A stretch of 64,000 nucleotides of DNA from the NCBI GenBank assembly GCA_030704615.1, contig CM060731.1, forward strand, positions 43,276,001 to 43,340,000, in the 5' to 3' direction. Made by a program: the position numbers and the translations under genes. The notes below the pieces were generated by a model. It saw only the letters and a list, made by a program, of their open reading frames with translations. It was not told the DNA's origin and did no database searches. The DNA is from Takakia lepidozioides (lineage: Eukaryota > Plantae > Bryophyta). The stretch's first letter is position 1. Each line of letters begins with the position of its first letter. This document shows, piece after piece, positions 23,500 through 37,544 of this stretch.

Positions 23500-26400
23500 C
23501 CCCCATGAGAAATTCGGCACCCAATATCCAACAGGGGAGCCCGGATGAAGTCGCCTCGGGCGCAGAGGCCGGCGCGTGTGCGACAGAGAACATCCCCTGG
23601 ATGGAGATTCGGCGCCGAATTTCCATCCAGCAGGTAAAGGAAGTCGTGTCGGGGGGTCAGGCCGAAAACTGGCCGGCATAAAACATCCCCAGATGGAAAA
23701 ACGGCGCCGAATTTCCATCCGGGGCGGTTCGGATGCAGTCGGGGAGGGGGGAGAGGCCGGCACTTGGCCGTCACATTTCAACCCCCGGACGGAAATTCGG
23801 CACCGAATATCGAATAGGGGACGCCCGGATGAGTGGTCGCCTCGGCGTAGAGGTCGGCACGTGGTTCGACAGAGAGCATCCCTTGGATGGAGATTCGGCG
23901 CCGAATTTCCATCCGGGCCCCCCCAAGGAAGTCTTGTCGGGGTGTCAGACTGAAACTAAACTGGCCGACATAAAACCTCCCCAGATGGGAAAACGGCGCC
24001 GAATTTCAATCCGGGGCCGTTCCAATGCGGTTGGGAGGGGGGAGAGGTCGGCACCTGGCCATCATATTTCAACCGCCGGACGGAAATTCGGCACCGAATA
24101 TCCAACAGAACGGCGGAGAGGCCGGCACCTCTCCGACAGAGACCAGCCCCCGGATGGAAATTCGGCGCCGAATTTCCACCCAGCAGGTAAGTACATCCCG
24201 GATGGATGGAAATCCGGCGCCGAATTTCCATCCAGCAGGTAAGTGAAATCCCGGATCGATCGAAATCCGGCGCCGCATATCCATCCTGCAGGTAATTCGA
24301 ATCCCGGATGGATGGAAATTCGGCGCCGAATTTCCATCCAGCAGATAAGTTGAATCCCGGATGGATGGAAATCCGGCGCCGAATTTCCATCCAGCAGGTA
24401 AGTTGAATCCCGGATGGATGGAAATCCGGCGCCGAATTTCCATCCAGCAGGTAAGTGGAATCCCGGATGGATGGAAATCCGGCGCCGAATTTCCATCCAG
24501 CAGATAAGTCGGATCGCTGGCGTATGGATATGCGGCACCGAATTTCCATTCGCCAGGTATTTCATCAGCTGAGAATTACCTTCCTGCAGGTAATTCTGAT
24601 CGATGAATTACCTTCCTGCAGGTAATTCTTATCGACGAAGGTAGGAAGGTAATTCCTCGCTCAGAATTACCTGCAGGAAGGTAATTCATCGCTGAGAATT
24701 ACCTGCAGGAAGGTAATTCTCAGCGATGAATTACCTGCAGGAGGGAAATTCGGCGCCGGATTTCGATCCATCCGGGATTCCAGTAACCTGCTGGATGGAA
24801 ATGCGGCGCCGAATTTCCATCCATCCGGGATTCGAATTACCTGCTGGAAGGAAATTCGGCACCGAATTTCCATCCATCCGGGATTCCACTTACCTGCTGG
24901 ATGGAATCCGGCGCCGAATTTCCATCCATCTGGGATTCGAATTACCTGCAGGATGGAAATTCGGCGCCGAATTTCCATCCATCCGGGATTCCACTTACCT
25001 GTTGGATGGAAATCCGGCGCCGAATTTCCATCCATCTGGGATTCGAATTACCTGCAGGATGGAAATTCGGCGCCGGATTTCATCCATCCGGGATTCCACT
25101 ACTTACCTGCTGGATGGAAATCCGGCGCCGAATTTCCATCCATCCGGGATTCGAATTACCTGCAGGATGGAAATTCGGCGCCGGATTTTCATCCATCCGG
25201 GATTCCACTTACCTGCAGGATGGAAATCCGGTGCCGGATCTCCATCCATCCGCTCTCCGACCAACCTTGCGGATGGAAATCCGTTTCCGATTTTGTGCAA
25301 GTCAGATCTAGGGACTTAGCCATTTTTCGGCCCCGAAATGGAAATGGCGCCAAAAATAACTAATATAATAACAAATGCCATTTTATCCATTTCGCGGCCG
25401 AAACAACGGCTTACGTCCCAGATCTACTAGCACCCAAAATCGGAATTCGGCTCCCATTTTTCCAGTCATGCTGGTAATTCGAAAGAGCGGATGGAATGGA
25501 ATCCGGCGTCCGGATTTTCATCCATCCCTCTTTCGAATTACCTCATGACTGAAATTTTGCGCGCCACTTACCTGGTGATTTGACATCCGGCGCCGGATTT
25601 CCATCCATCCGCTTCTTGGTCTTCTACGAATTACCTGCATGACTGGAAAAATGGCGCCGAATTTCCGATTTTGGTCGCAATCAGATCGGGACTCTAGCCA
25701 TTTTCGGCCCCGAAAATGGAAATATGGCGCAAAAAAAAAAAAAAAAAAAAATCAAAAAAAAAAAAAAAAAAAAAAACGACCATTGTTTAGTTCAGGGGCC
25801 GAAAACGGCTTAGTCCCAGATCGACTGCACCCAAAATCGGAAATTCGGCGCCAGTTTTCCAGTCACGCAGGTATTCGAAGAGCGGATGGATGGAAATCCG
25901 GCGGGCCGGAATTTTCATCCATCCGCATCAGCGAATTACCTGCATGACAAGAAATTTTGCGCGCCGACTTACCTGGTGGATGGAATCCGCTCCGGATTTC
26001 CATCCATCCGCGCCTTCGAATTAACCTGCATGACTGGAAAATGCGCCGATTTTCCAATTTTTGGTGCAATCAGATCTGGGACTTAGCCATTTTCGACATC
26101 CCGAAATGGACACAGTAGGGCGCAAAAGACAAAAAACCACAACACAAAAAAAAAAAACAAAAGCCATTTTTCCAATCGGGCCGAAAACGGCTAATCCCCA
26201 GATCGGACGGCACCTCAACATCGATTCGGCGCCATTTTCCAGTCCAATTCAGGTAATTCGAAGACGATGGATGGAAATCCGGCGCCGGATTTTCATCCAT
26301 CCGCTCTTTTCGAATTACCTGCATGAACGGAACTTTTTGCCGCGCAGCGACTTACCTTGTGGTGGAAATCCGCCCGGATTTCCATCCTATACCGCTCTCT

Positions 26401-28942
26401 TTCGAATTACCTCATGAATTGGAAAAAATGGCGCCGCCTTTCCGATTTTTTTGTGCAAGTCCGATTTGGGACTTAGCCTTTTCGGCCCGGCCCCGAAATG
26501 GAAATATGGCGCCACGAAAAAAAAAAAAAAACGCCATTTTTCCTGTTCAGGACCGAACACGGCTAATTCCCAGATCTGACTAGCAGCCCACTCGGAAATT
26601 CGGCGCCATTTTTTCCAGTCATGCAGTAATTCGAAGAGCGTATGGATGAGAATCCGGCGCCGGATTTTCATCCATCGCTCTTCGAATTACCTGCATGACG
26701 GAAATTTTGCGCGCCGACTTCCCTTGGTGGAATCGAAATCCGGCGCCGGATTTCCATCCCTCTGCTCTTTGAATTACCTGCATGACTGGAAAAATGTGCG
26801 CCGAAAACATTTTGGCCCCCCCGATTTGTTGGTGCCAGTCAGATCTGGGACTTAGACCATTTTTCGGCAACGAATGGATAAATGTCGCGCGAAAATAATA
26901 AAAAAAAAAAAAAAAAACAGCCATTTTTCCAGTTCGGGGCCGAAAACGCTAAGTCCCAGATCTGACTAGCACCCAAAATCGGAAATTCGGCGCCATTTTT
27001 CCAGTCATGCAGGTAATTCGAAGAGCGGATGGATGGAAATCCGGCGCCGGATTTTCATCCATCCGCTTCTTTTCGAATTACCTGCATGACGGAAATTTTT
27101 CGCGCCTACTTACCTGGTGGATGGAAATCCGGGCGCGGATGTCCATCATCCGCTCTTGCATTACCTACATGACTGGAAAAATGGCGCCGAATTTCCGATT
27201 TTGGTGCCAGTCAGATCTGGGCCTTAGCCATTTTCCGGCCCCGAAATGGAAAAAATGGTGCCCGAAAAAAAAAAAAAAAAAAACGGGCATTTTTCTACTT
27301 TGGGGCCGAAAACGGCATAAGTCCCAGATCTGACTGGCACCCAAATCGGTAAATTCGGCGCCATTTTCCATTTCGCTTTTCTGGGCCCAGTCAAATCTGG
27401 GCCTTACCCATTTTCGGCCCCGAACTGAATAAATGGCGCCGAAAAAAATAAATACAAAAACGTAGCTTGTTTTTAGTTCAGGTCCGAAAACGGCTAAGTC
27501 CTGATCTGACTGGCACCCAAAATCGGAATTCCGGCGCCATTTTTCCAGTTCTGGGCCCAGTCAGATCTGGACTTAGCCATTTTTCGGCCCGAATCTGGAA
27601 AAATGGCGCCGAAAAAAAAAAAAAAAAAACGCGGCCATTTTTCTTATTCGGGGTCGAAAACGGCTAAGTCCCAGATCTTACTGGCACCCAAAATCGAAAT
27701 TCGGCGCCATGCTTTTTTCATTCTGGGCCCAGTCTGATAGGGCGCGGAACTGGAAAAATGGTGTCTGAATTCCAGTTGCGGTTCCAGTCATCTTAGGGAC
27801 TAGCTATTTTCGGCCTGGAACTGGAAAATGGCGCCATTTTCCATTTCGGGGCCGAAAATGGCTAAGTCCTAGATCTGACTGGGCCCCGAACTGGGAAAAA
27901 TGGCGCCGAATTTCCGATTTTGGGTGCCAGCCAGATCTGGACTTAGCCATTTTAGGCCCCGAACTGGAAAAATGGTGCCGAAAAAAAAACAAAAAAAACG
28001 GCCATTTTTCCAGTTCGGGGCCGAAAACGGCTAAGTCCCAGATCTGGCTGGCACCCAAAATCGGAAATTCGGCGCCATTTTTCCAGTTCGGGGCCCAGTC
28101 AGATCTAGGACTTAGCTATTTTCGGCCCGAAATGGAAAAATGGCGCCATTTTTCCAGTTCCGGTCCCCTAAAATAGCTAAGTCCCTACGATGACTGGAAC
28201 CGCAACTGAAATTCGACATCATTTTTCCAGTTCCGCCCGCGCTCTATCAGATCTGGGCTTAGCCATTTTCGGCCGCGAACAGGAAAAATGGAAGTTGAAG
28301 ACTCCCACAATGCTGAAACCATACTCCACACATGCACCACTTGCTTCCTTAACACCCGAGCCTTCTGTGAACTCCTCAACCCTGCAACACTTGCTAACAA
28401 GAGCTTCTTCACAAGCTCTAAAACTTTCAATGATGCTCTTCTTGAAGACCTCCTCTTGTACATAAAACCACAAGACTTTCTCTTGCAAACCCTGCAACAG
28501 CTTGTAACTTAAGAGCTATCTATCAAGCTCTCTTCCACACACAAGTGTTAACTATGCTAACACCTTGCACTTATAGATGTAAGCAGGTCTTCTTCTAGTG
28601 ATACGGAAATGGTGAAAAGAGGAGAAACCATTCTCTCACGTTATATAAGTCAACCCAATGGCACCTTTGCTAAAAGACTCCACCATACACCCTCCCCCAC
28701 TCTCCATCTCAAGTAATAGAGCGACTTCAATTGGCTCAACTTTGTTTGACCACATGGTTTTTTGAAAGCAGAGGCAATAGCCAGTGGGTACTTTCAGGGC
28801 CGAAAATGGCTAAGGTCCCCTAGGGTGGCTGGCACACCAAAATCGGAAATGCCGGCGCGCGATTTTTTTTTCCAGTTCCAGGCCCAGTCAGATCTGGGAC
28901 TTAGCCATTTTTAGGCCCCGAACTGGTAAAAAATGGCACCGG

Positions 28943-28993
<51 letters not shown>

Positions 28994-29130
28994 GCCATTG
29001 GTTCTATGTTTCGGCGCCTAAAATGGCCTAAGTCCCAGATCTGACTGGCACCAAAATCGGAATTCGGCGCCATTTTTTCCAGTTCCGGGCCTAGTCATAT
29101 CTGGGACTTAGCCATTTTCGGCAAGTAAAT
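23500..29130. repeat. Complex palindrome array built on GATGGAAATTCGGCGCCGAATTTCCATC, with several sub-periods
   Basis: ~300-bp units at 23500-24150 and ~60-bp units at 24150-25260 that switch orientation near 24640. Longer hairpin units with poly-A loops at 25300-29130. Confidence 0.95.
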
Positions 29131-31138
29131 TCAAATAAATGGTTGCATTCAAGTCCACTGGTGCCACATTCCAACTTCACATGACCCTATTTTCCGTGCC
29201 TCCTAACCCTATTTCCGTGGACTTACACTGGTCCTGCTCATTTTTTTTTTTTTTTTCCGCTCATGCTCATGCCGCTCATGAAATAGCAAGCCCCCACTGT
29301 AAGTTATGACTACATCACTACAGCATTGCGCCTACATGGAGAGGCTTGTGCGTGACACTGGGATCCTTGGGATTTGACATGTGAGACCATATGGTACAGT
29401 GGACTACACGACTACACCGGCGGTAGTCATTACTAACATGATAACTACATTACTACAGAAGTCTTGCGCCTACATGGATAGTGTCGGCGTGACAAACGTA
29501 TCCTCTGCTATGACACGTGTCCAATCGTTGGGATGGAATATGGGATGAATATGTGAGGCGTACTTTATAACTACATGACTACATGTGTGACTACACTGAT
29601 GACTATATAATTACTCAGTACATCGCTGAGGATGACATGTGGCACATTTCTGAATACATGTATGACTACATTACTCTGGGTGTGACTATATCACTACAAC
29701 ACTACAAATGCCACGTGGTCTTGTTGGAGTGGGGAGTATGTGTGAATGACACGTGTAGGTCATGTAGATTTGAATTTGTTGATATGTTATTCAATTTCAA
29801 ATGACTAATTAACTAGTAAATTAAAATAATTAATATGAATTTAGACAAACCATGTGGAGCTCTCATAAGCCGGCAATTGCCAAGCAATTGGCCCTCTATA
29901 TCAAGACACACCCCCTCTGCAGGGAAAAGAGAGCTTGCATTATCTTCCAATGACAAAGAGTGGACCCCCAACCCTGCTGGCAGTTGCAAAGTGTGACAAA
30001 GACTGATTCTACCACCAACCCCTGTTGCATAGACTGACAGAAGCACCAATATCATACAGCCTGAAAGACAACTACAATCAAATATGCCATCCATAAACAG
30101 GAACATCACATCACAGCACACACATTCATGTGTGTTCGAACCAGTCTTTGTATATAAATTCACAAAATAGTGCAATTGTTCAATCACAATGTCGCTAAAT
30201 ACTTACCTGGAAAAAAACTAGATTCAACAGATACTGCTAGAAGTAAGGGCTTTATTGACAAACAAAGCAAGCAGTAGAACTTCCTAAAACCTCATGTCGC
30301 AGTAGCTTCAAACTCCAAAGTGTGGTGCTTCCTACCACTCCCCCAACACAGTCTGTTCTTAACATCGTTGAGATATGGTAAAGGGCATTAGTGATGTATG
30401 CCTCTTTGATGTATATAGCCGCTCTACTCAGTTGGCATTATCAGGATAGCCCCACTTACCTTGCAGCTTGCAGAGAACATATAATCCCGATCCAAGCTTT
30501 GTCCGTTTGGACATCACGTTAAGGAGCCAAAACTTGGTCTCCACCTTTAAATTGTCATCCCAACACCCATTAGCAAAAACAATGAGTGAAAATACCATGC
30601 ACGTAGCTACGGACGGTCCAAGCCTTATAGTAATTAGTACCGGGAGGGGGGACTGTAAACTATTAATAGGGATGGATATCATTGCAACTATAGGATATCA
30701 CTGCAACATTGGAAAAAAAAGAAGGTCATGGACTTACACAAGCTGACTTTCAGGCGTCTGCAAGAACTGTGAGATGGCTACTTTCCAGCTCCTCTGCTGA
30801 CTTGTGACAACATGGAGCCGCTTCATCATAGGTCCCTATATCTCAAACCATTACAATTTACATGCATGCATTACAATCTGAAATACACTAGCTACATAGC
30901 TCACTCAAGAGAAACGCACTACTCTGCAATTCACACAGCAACCCAAGAATTCCAATTGTGGACCAGACTTACATTACATTGTTGTTCCTTCATGACGATT
31001 ACACTGAGCAGAATTTAGGGCTGTTGGGCAAAGGAGAGGCTGAGACTTCAGAAACTGTGGAATACTAGGAGTCTTGCTTGCCCTCTCCAAGAACGGCCAC
31101 AACACATCGAGTAAATAACCATCTTTTGGCCCTGATGA

Positions 31139-31600
31139 TCACATTTTCCATGGCTCCGGATATATCCCACTAAATGGAGGATTGTTTGATGTCTTTCTTG
31201 GTGTGTCATCAACAAGAAGAGTGTCTTCAGGACCCCATTTTGGCCACTCTGCCCACACTCTTGATGGGTTCTTCAAATATATGGGCTTTGCATCAGCCCC
31301 CCTAGCCAATGGGTCAGTAAGCTCTTCACAGTAAAGGGCATCCCACTGGAAAATAAAATTAGTGTGCCTTTTGAAAATAAAGTCCACCATCGGAATGAAG
31401 TTGCGAGCTTTGCAGCAAGACCATACTACCACCTCAAAGTGTGCAAAACACTTTTGCAAAAAAAAAATACAGCGGTCTCAAAACTACCATTTTCATCCCA
31501 CACAACTTCCCCACAAATCCTTTGGGGGAGCAGTTGTTGGACCACTAGCAACATGAATGGATTCACAGAGCAATCCATTCACATCCAAACTAGCAAGCTT
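31139..31600 (-). pseudogene. FCP1-homology (NIF/HAD) phosphatase-like domain
   Basis: LDVNGLL (~31570-31592), FEVVVWS, IFQWD, YLKNPSRVW, DTLLVDDTPRKTSNNP. Confidence 0.8.
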
Positions 31601-32820
31601 GTGGCCGCTACGCCCTGCGGCCTTTCATCGCTTGCGAGGTGGGGGAGACTGTAAACGCTCACCTGGCTTCAACATATCAGCCCCAGTGGGATGCACAACC
31701 AATTGAAATGCCGTAGCATCTGTCCCATCCTCCCCATGTGAATTCCCCAAGGAATCATGCATACCTGAATCCGGTGTACCGGGCTTCCCAGACATATCAC
31801 GAGCATCATGATCAGTAGCTTCCTTTGTACCAGAGGCAGACAGGACTTGAAATTGTTGTCTCAGTGCCTGCCTTCCTATGGCGAACTGCTTGGACAGATG
31901 CAAACCATCATCGGTGATAGGGTTAGGGGAGAGTTGAGATTGAGCGCCAGTTACGGTCTCAAACCGCGATGCCAATCTTTTTGATACAGTGACACCAGAA
32001 CCATTCATGCCATATGTCACTGGACCCTGCCAGGGGGACATTAACCCCCAATTTGAGCATCATTGCCTTCTGAGAGTCCATCATGTTCTGCATCCATGAT
32101 TTCATCTCCAGCATAATCAGACCTTGAGGAGGTTTACTATTTCATGAGCGCATGAGCCCATGAGCCCATGAGCCTATGAGCTCATGAGCGGACATCCGCG
32201 GAATTGGAATTTTCTTGCCTTTATTGACGGTGTTATGTCCTCTTACCTCGGTAATAGGGTCTGTTTCTCCTGGTCCAGGATGCGGAATGAGGTATTTCGG
32301 CGCCGTTATTCCCAAGAGCAGTGTGCTAAAATGGTGTTTTGAAGACATCCACCGGGGTATTTCGGCACCGAAATTACCTCTTAAAATGTGATATAGTGCG
32401 GTATTTAATGGCGCAGAACGGGCTATTTGGGCGCCGAAATACCCAAGTGGAATGTGCTGAAGTGCCTTGTGCTGAAGGCTTCCATCGCGATATTTTGGTA
32501 TAGTAATTCATCCGTGGAATTTTTGAGGCCCATATAACGAAGGCGCGCATTGGGCTATTTCGGCGCCAAATTTCCCAATAGGAATGTTAGAAACGGCAGG
32601 GTTTTCATGGCTTCAAGTTCTCGGCTCGATGGTGTGCATAAATTACTTGTAGGGTTCTTCACTGAAGTTTGCGTCTCTTCTGCTTTTATTATACATTTTG
32701 GTTGGCGGAAGAAATGTAGGGAATCGGACAAGCAGTCTGAACACAATGATTTTTCAAATCGTCAATATTTTCATTAAGTGTTTCAGAACTGTACAACAAA
32801 AGGATCCAAATGAGACTTTG

Positions 32821-34735
32821 CTATGGTGAGGATCCGCTATCACTGTCCGATGCATCCCCGGCCTCATGCAAGGATGGCTGCCTTCCACCTGCCTCAGAAC
32901 CTGCACTGCCGCTACCGCTGTTACTCTGAGAAGCCCTCCCCTCAAAAATACCATCCTCACCAGCTGGAACTGTCCACCTGGGTGCGGAAGTGTCCTCAAC
33001 ATTCCCCTCGCTCTCGGACGCGGATTCTATTACGAACTTCCCTACTCTGCCTTTCACAATTCTATGTTTGGCCTCACGCCTCATTATAATTCTCTGCTCA
33101 TTCCCGTATGTCAATTGCTCTAACCGAGTAGGCCTATCCTCCCTCCTGATGGCTTCTCTGGCAGCCGTGTCTGCATAGGCTGGTAGAAAAAAAGGCTTCT
33201 GGGGACTCGCGAGAAACGATTTTCTGGCAAAGAATGGCCGATGCGATTCTGTCTCCTCCTCTGCAACAGGGTCCGATTCGGGCAAGTCTCCCAGCTTCTC
33301 CTCGTCGGACGACTCTGCAAGGCTGAGTGTACGCACAAACATAGAATGAAGTACATTAGAGAATTCAAACAGGGAATCATCGGCAGGTTGCATGGTCCCT
33401 ACAACCGAAACCAATACACTTACTATGGTGCAACTCACTCGAAGACAGGCATTGGGGGAAGCGGCTTGGGCGCCCCTGCATCGAACGAATTTCCTGGACT
33501 TCCTCCTCTTCATCTTCCTCCTCCCCTTCCACGTCATCTTCTGCGTTTTTGGGATCCTCAGTCGGAGGCAGACGCTGAAGGCCCACCAAATTGTAATCGT
33601 ACAAGGCCGTATCCCCCTCAAATGAGAACACAAATCGGTTCGACATCCTTCCCGCCCACATACAGGCACCTGCAAATTCATACGACACAACCACAACCAA
33701 ACTCAAGAATGAGTCGCTTCCTCGCACAAACAAACATACACAAACGGAAATGGTGTCAATTTTGGTGCCGCATTCAATTAACGTTCTCACCTGTATTTGC
33801 AGTGATGTCGAGGACCCTGCCTTCAACATCCGTACATGTTTCCATGAGCGTCTGGGATGAATGCAGGACTCTTGGTCCTGCCATACCTCCATGGGTTGCC
33901 CGACAAATCACAAAGAATGTCCTTCTCTCCCACATGGTTGAACAGGACGTTATACTCCAGTGGATCAACTGTGGAATCAACAAGTCTTCCTGTTTCACGT
34001 AATTTGAATTTCTAATGTTTCTTCACGAAGCAAAATGCCTGAAAGATAAGAGTCTGCAGAGAAGGAAATGTCTTGGAGGTTTTGCTCCTCCGCAAGCTCC
34101 AGCAGGTTCTGATCGTCGCCAAGTCGTACCACGTTGTCGTCCTCTCCTTCTGTCAGCTCAATGGGCCGCCCTTCTGCAGATCCAACTCCCACATCTCCAG
34201 CGGCCTCCACCGCATCCGTGTTTTTTGAAATTGACTGCAAACCCAATATCTCCGCTTCCAGTCTCCCTAGGGGTTTTACTGGCGAAGCCATGGGCTCCTT
34301 CTGCTTCCTCGGCTTCCGAACTCTAGGTGGGCTTTTCTGAGGCGATATCTGAGGTGTTGAATGAGGACTCGCCTACCTCGATGCACTTCCACCTTGCGAG
34401 CGCAGCACCCGGGCAGGAGTATCCAAAGTTGACTGTGTTGCTTCGCCCCCCTGCGATCCCTCCCCAGCTCCCATGTCAAACAAACAGGAAAACATGAGAC
34501 ACTGCACGCAAAAAAAAGGTGTAAAAGGAATATTGCGTATGGAGTGCTTCACATCCGCAAAGCACGAATCTCTCACTGGTGGGTGATCCGAGTCTCCGGA
34601 TAACGAGGTCTGCATTTCATGCATGAGACGGAGCTTAAGTCGTGTCGTCGGCGGCTTCCCAAAATCCCGCGTCCTCCTTCTCTTTGCCGGAGTCGCCTGA
34701 CCTTCCACAAACTCTATGCTACCACTATGCCGCAT
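32821..34735 (-). pseudogene. Multi-exon cargo gene of unknown function in element B
   Basis: Chain of protein-like frames with GTGAG donors (after DSDHPP and SLQIQ) and a TTTGCAG acceptor. Basic PAKRRRTR motif, acidic tracts, and one probable globular segment. Confidence 0.55.
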
Positions 34736-35134
34736 AAGGAGAGGAAACGCTGGAGAATGTCACTGCAGAAGGGCAAAGAGCGAGAGAGCGAAGCGGTGGA
34801 ACATGCAACCACTATGCACGAGCAGATGTGTAAGCAGCCACGTCTCCCGAAGCGTTGCTACCGTCCACCACTTTCTGCCGTATGGGTGATGAAGAGATTG
34901 TGACCCCTGACACGTTCGCACGGATGAAGTCGACTGGAACACGACGCGTGCCAGTTCCAGCCACCAGTACAAGACGGTTTATCCGAATTGCGGCACCGAA
35001 ATACCTTCCGTTCACCGGATGCTGTTCCCGGAGCAGCCGACATTGAATGAAATATCCGCACATCATGAAACCCAACCGCCATGAAAATCCCCTGCCTATG
35101 ACATTCAACAGTCAGGTCGGTACGTTTCATCAGT

Positions 35135-36830
35135 GGACGGATGAATTTCGGCGCCGCAATTCATCGCTTCCCAAGTCCTCATTCGTCATGAGCAAACCTG
35201 TCAGTGGGATATCGGAGCCGGAATTAATTCCGGGACAGTGGAAACGGCTGCACTTGGGCACATTTCATCCATATTTCGGCGCCGAAATTCATTACGAATA
35301 TCTCCGTCCGCGCGTAGACGAGGTGAAATCATCCATATTTCGGCGCCGAAATTCATCCAGAGCGAAGACTAAATCGGCACCATGCTATGCTTTGCCGCTA
35401 TCATTGCCCCTGACGGATGCTGTCCATGCCTGTTGGACTTGCCATTTTTGGACATTTAACTATAATTTCGGCGCCGAAATTATACTTTATGTGCGGCAAC
35501 GTCCCGTGCGAAAAAGACCACTTAATGGATACTGTCGGTTTCAAATGAAAAAAACGGCTAAAATGCAATTAATTTTGACAGAAGGGGTTCAATATGCTGA
35601 TTTCTCCATTAAATGTAGAATATTCCTGTTATCTTCGTCGGAACAGGGTATTTCCAACGATTTACCGAAAATTATATCATCTAGAAGCAAATAGTAAGTG
35701 TCGGGTTTGGACGAATTTCGGCGCCGAAATTCATCCGTCGCATAGAAAATGTAATATTAAAGTTACTCATTGCGGACAGTAAGGATGAATTTCGGCGCCG
35801 AAATTCATCCATTTCAAAGAAAAATAAATATTGGAGGGAGGGCATTGGATGAATTTCGGCGCCGAAATCCGGCGCTCAAACCCTGAAAAGAATTTGGAGG
35901 GATGGAGTCGGTTGAATTTCGGCGCCGAAATTCATTGCTCGCGAAGAAAAAAATAAAATTCGGGAGGACTTCGGATGAATTTCGGCGCCGAAATTCATTG
36001 CTCGCGAAGAAAAATAATAATTTCGGGAGGACTTCGGATGAATTTCGGCGCCGAAATTCATTGCTCCCGAAGAAAAAAAATAAAATCGGGAGGACTTCGG
36101 ATGAATTTCGGCGCCGAAATTCATGCTCCCGAAGAAAAAATAAAATCGGGAGGACTTCGGATGAATTTCGGCGCCGAAATTCATTGCTCGCGAAGAAAAA
36201 TAAAAATCGGGAGGACTTCGGATGAATTTCGGCGCCGAAATTCATTGCTCGCGAAGAAAAAGGAAAATTAGAAGGGAGTACTTGGATGAGATTCGGCGCC
36301 GAAGTTCATCTGTCGCAAAAAAAAAAAAAAAAAAAAAAAAAAAAGACTTCAGATGAATTTCGGCACTGAAATCCATCCGCAGGGCAGCAGAATTAGGGTC
36401 GGAAAATGAGATGAAGAATGAATTTCGGCGCCGAAATACATCCATTCTGCCGATTCAGGATTACTGTCATTGGGATGTCAGCACCGATATCCGGACACGT
36501 GGTGAATCACGACTGTAATCAGGAACACATTCATCCGTATTTTGGCATCCAAATTCAACCCTCATGTGCAGAAACAATTTGATGAAGAAGATGTTCATCC
36601 AAATTTCGGCACCGAAATCCATCCGTTGGGTGCTTGGTCAGTTTCATGAGGTGAACAAATTACTATTTCTGTCGCCGAAATTCATCCCCTGGCTTCCAAA
36701 GTTGTTACATGACAGAGATGTTCATCCAGATTTCGGTGCCGAAATTCATGGGAAGGCCTGATTTATTGTAGCCCAAGTGGTTGTACATTACAATTCAGGC
36801 ACCAAATATCCGATGTGAACTTGCTGTTGT
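35135..36830. repeat. Palindrome array of GATGAATTTCGGCGCCGAAATTCATC; regular ~61-bp units at 35850-36300
   Basis: More than 20 recognisable copies. Confidence 0.95.
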
Positions 36831-37109
36831 CGTCCGTTTTTGTAACGTATGTTACATACCTTCATCTTTACGTGCACCGATCACCCATCCTGTTGGATGC
36901 GGAATCCTCCAGAAAATCATTTGTGTTATTAGGTAGGACACACTCTTCTCACTGCAGGACTTCGCTGCGGAGCGTACCGAGAGGTCCCGTCTTCAACATG
37001 GACTCCCGTGTTTGGGTAAACGTGTACTTCCATCCTGATTCTCTGAAAGCTAAAATACGTTCCACGAAATCCAATTCCCAGTCGTCATCCTCCTCCCACG
37101 AGAAGCTCT

Positions 37110-37544
37110 TCGCCCCGCATACCGGTGGGTGACCCCGCAGCTTGGCCCACCCATCGGTGGGGGAAACTGAAAAGACGGCGGCCACCAACAAAGGCGAACG
37201 ACACCAGGATGGCCAACGCTCTTGCAATGCCCTGCATAGTGCAAGGTTGCAGGGATGTTCCTCACCCCGGGATGGGGCGCATATTTCAGTTGTCAACAGC
37301 CGGGTCTGCTGCGCGCAGTGTCGTGTATACAATCATGGTTTCACAGTACCCAGCTTGCAACTGTGAGGACTTCCTTGTTATGGAATCGAAGAATGCAGCA
37401 TACGTCCCCTGCAAACACATTTATTACATTTTTCTGAAGCGCATGAGTTGCATATCCGCAGTGGACGTCTTCATCCATGCTCCAACACTGAGTTTCAACG
37501 AGCTGCACAAGGCCCTACGGCAGGACACTGGTCGGACTGCTTGA
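37110..37544 (+). pseudogene. C-terminal SWIM-finger fragment of the MULE transposase
   Basis: PTHRWGK.KRRRPP...YTIMVSQYPACNCEDF...VPCKHIYYIFLKR is homologous to 47651-48050. Confidence 0.85.

Larger units (their letters stand above)
20938..29295 (-). mobile_element. MULE-like segment A2 (internally deleted transposase, palindrome array, right terminus)
   Basis: Starts with subterminal-type CGGTAATAGGG and ends GCTCATGAAATAGCAAGCCCCC, the reverse complement of the family terminus. Confidence 0.8.

Noticed and set aside
23354-29073. Many ORFs with MEIRRRISIH / DGNSAPNFHP repeats; likewise 35814-36445, 51510-53160 and 19991-20517
   Set aside because: They are translations of palindromic arrays that are open in several frames on both strands, with no sign of real coding.
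13075-29295. A single 16-kb element bounded by the termini at 13075 and 29295
   Set aside because: The ends are inverted-repeat compatible, but the flanks (ATTGTGGAC vs ACTGTAAGT) form no TSD and an additional terminus lies at 14151.
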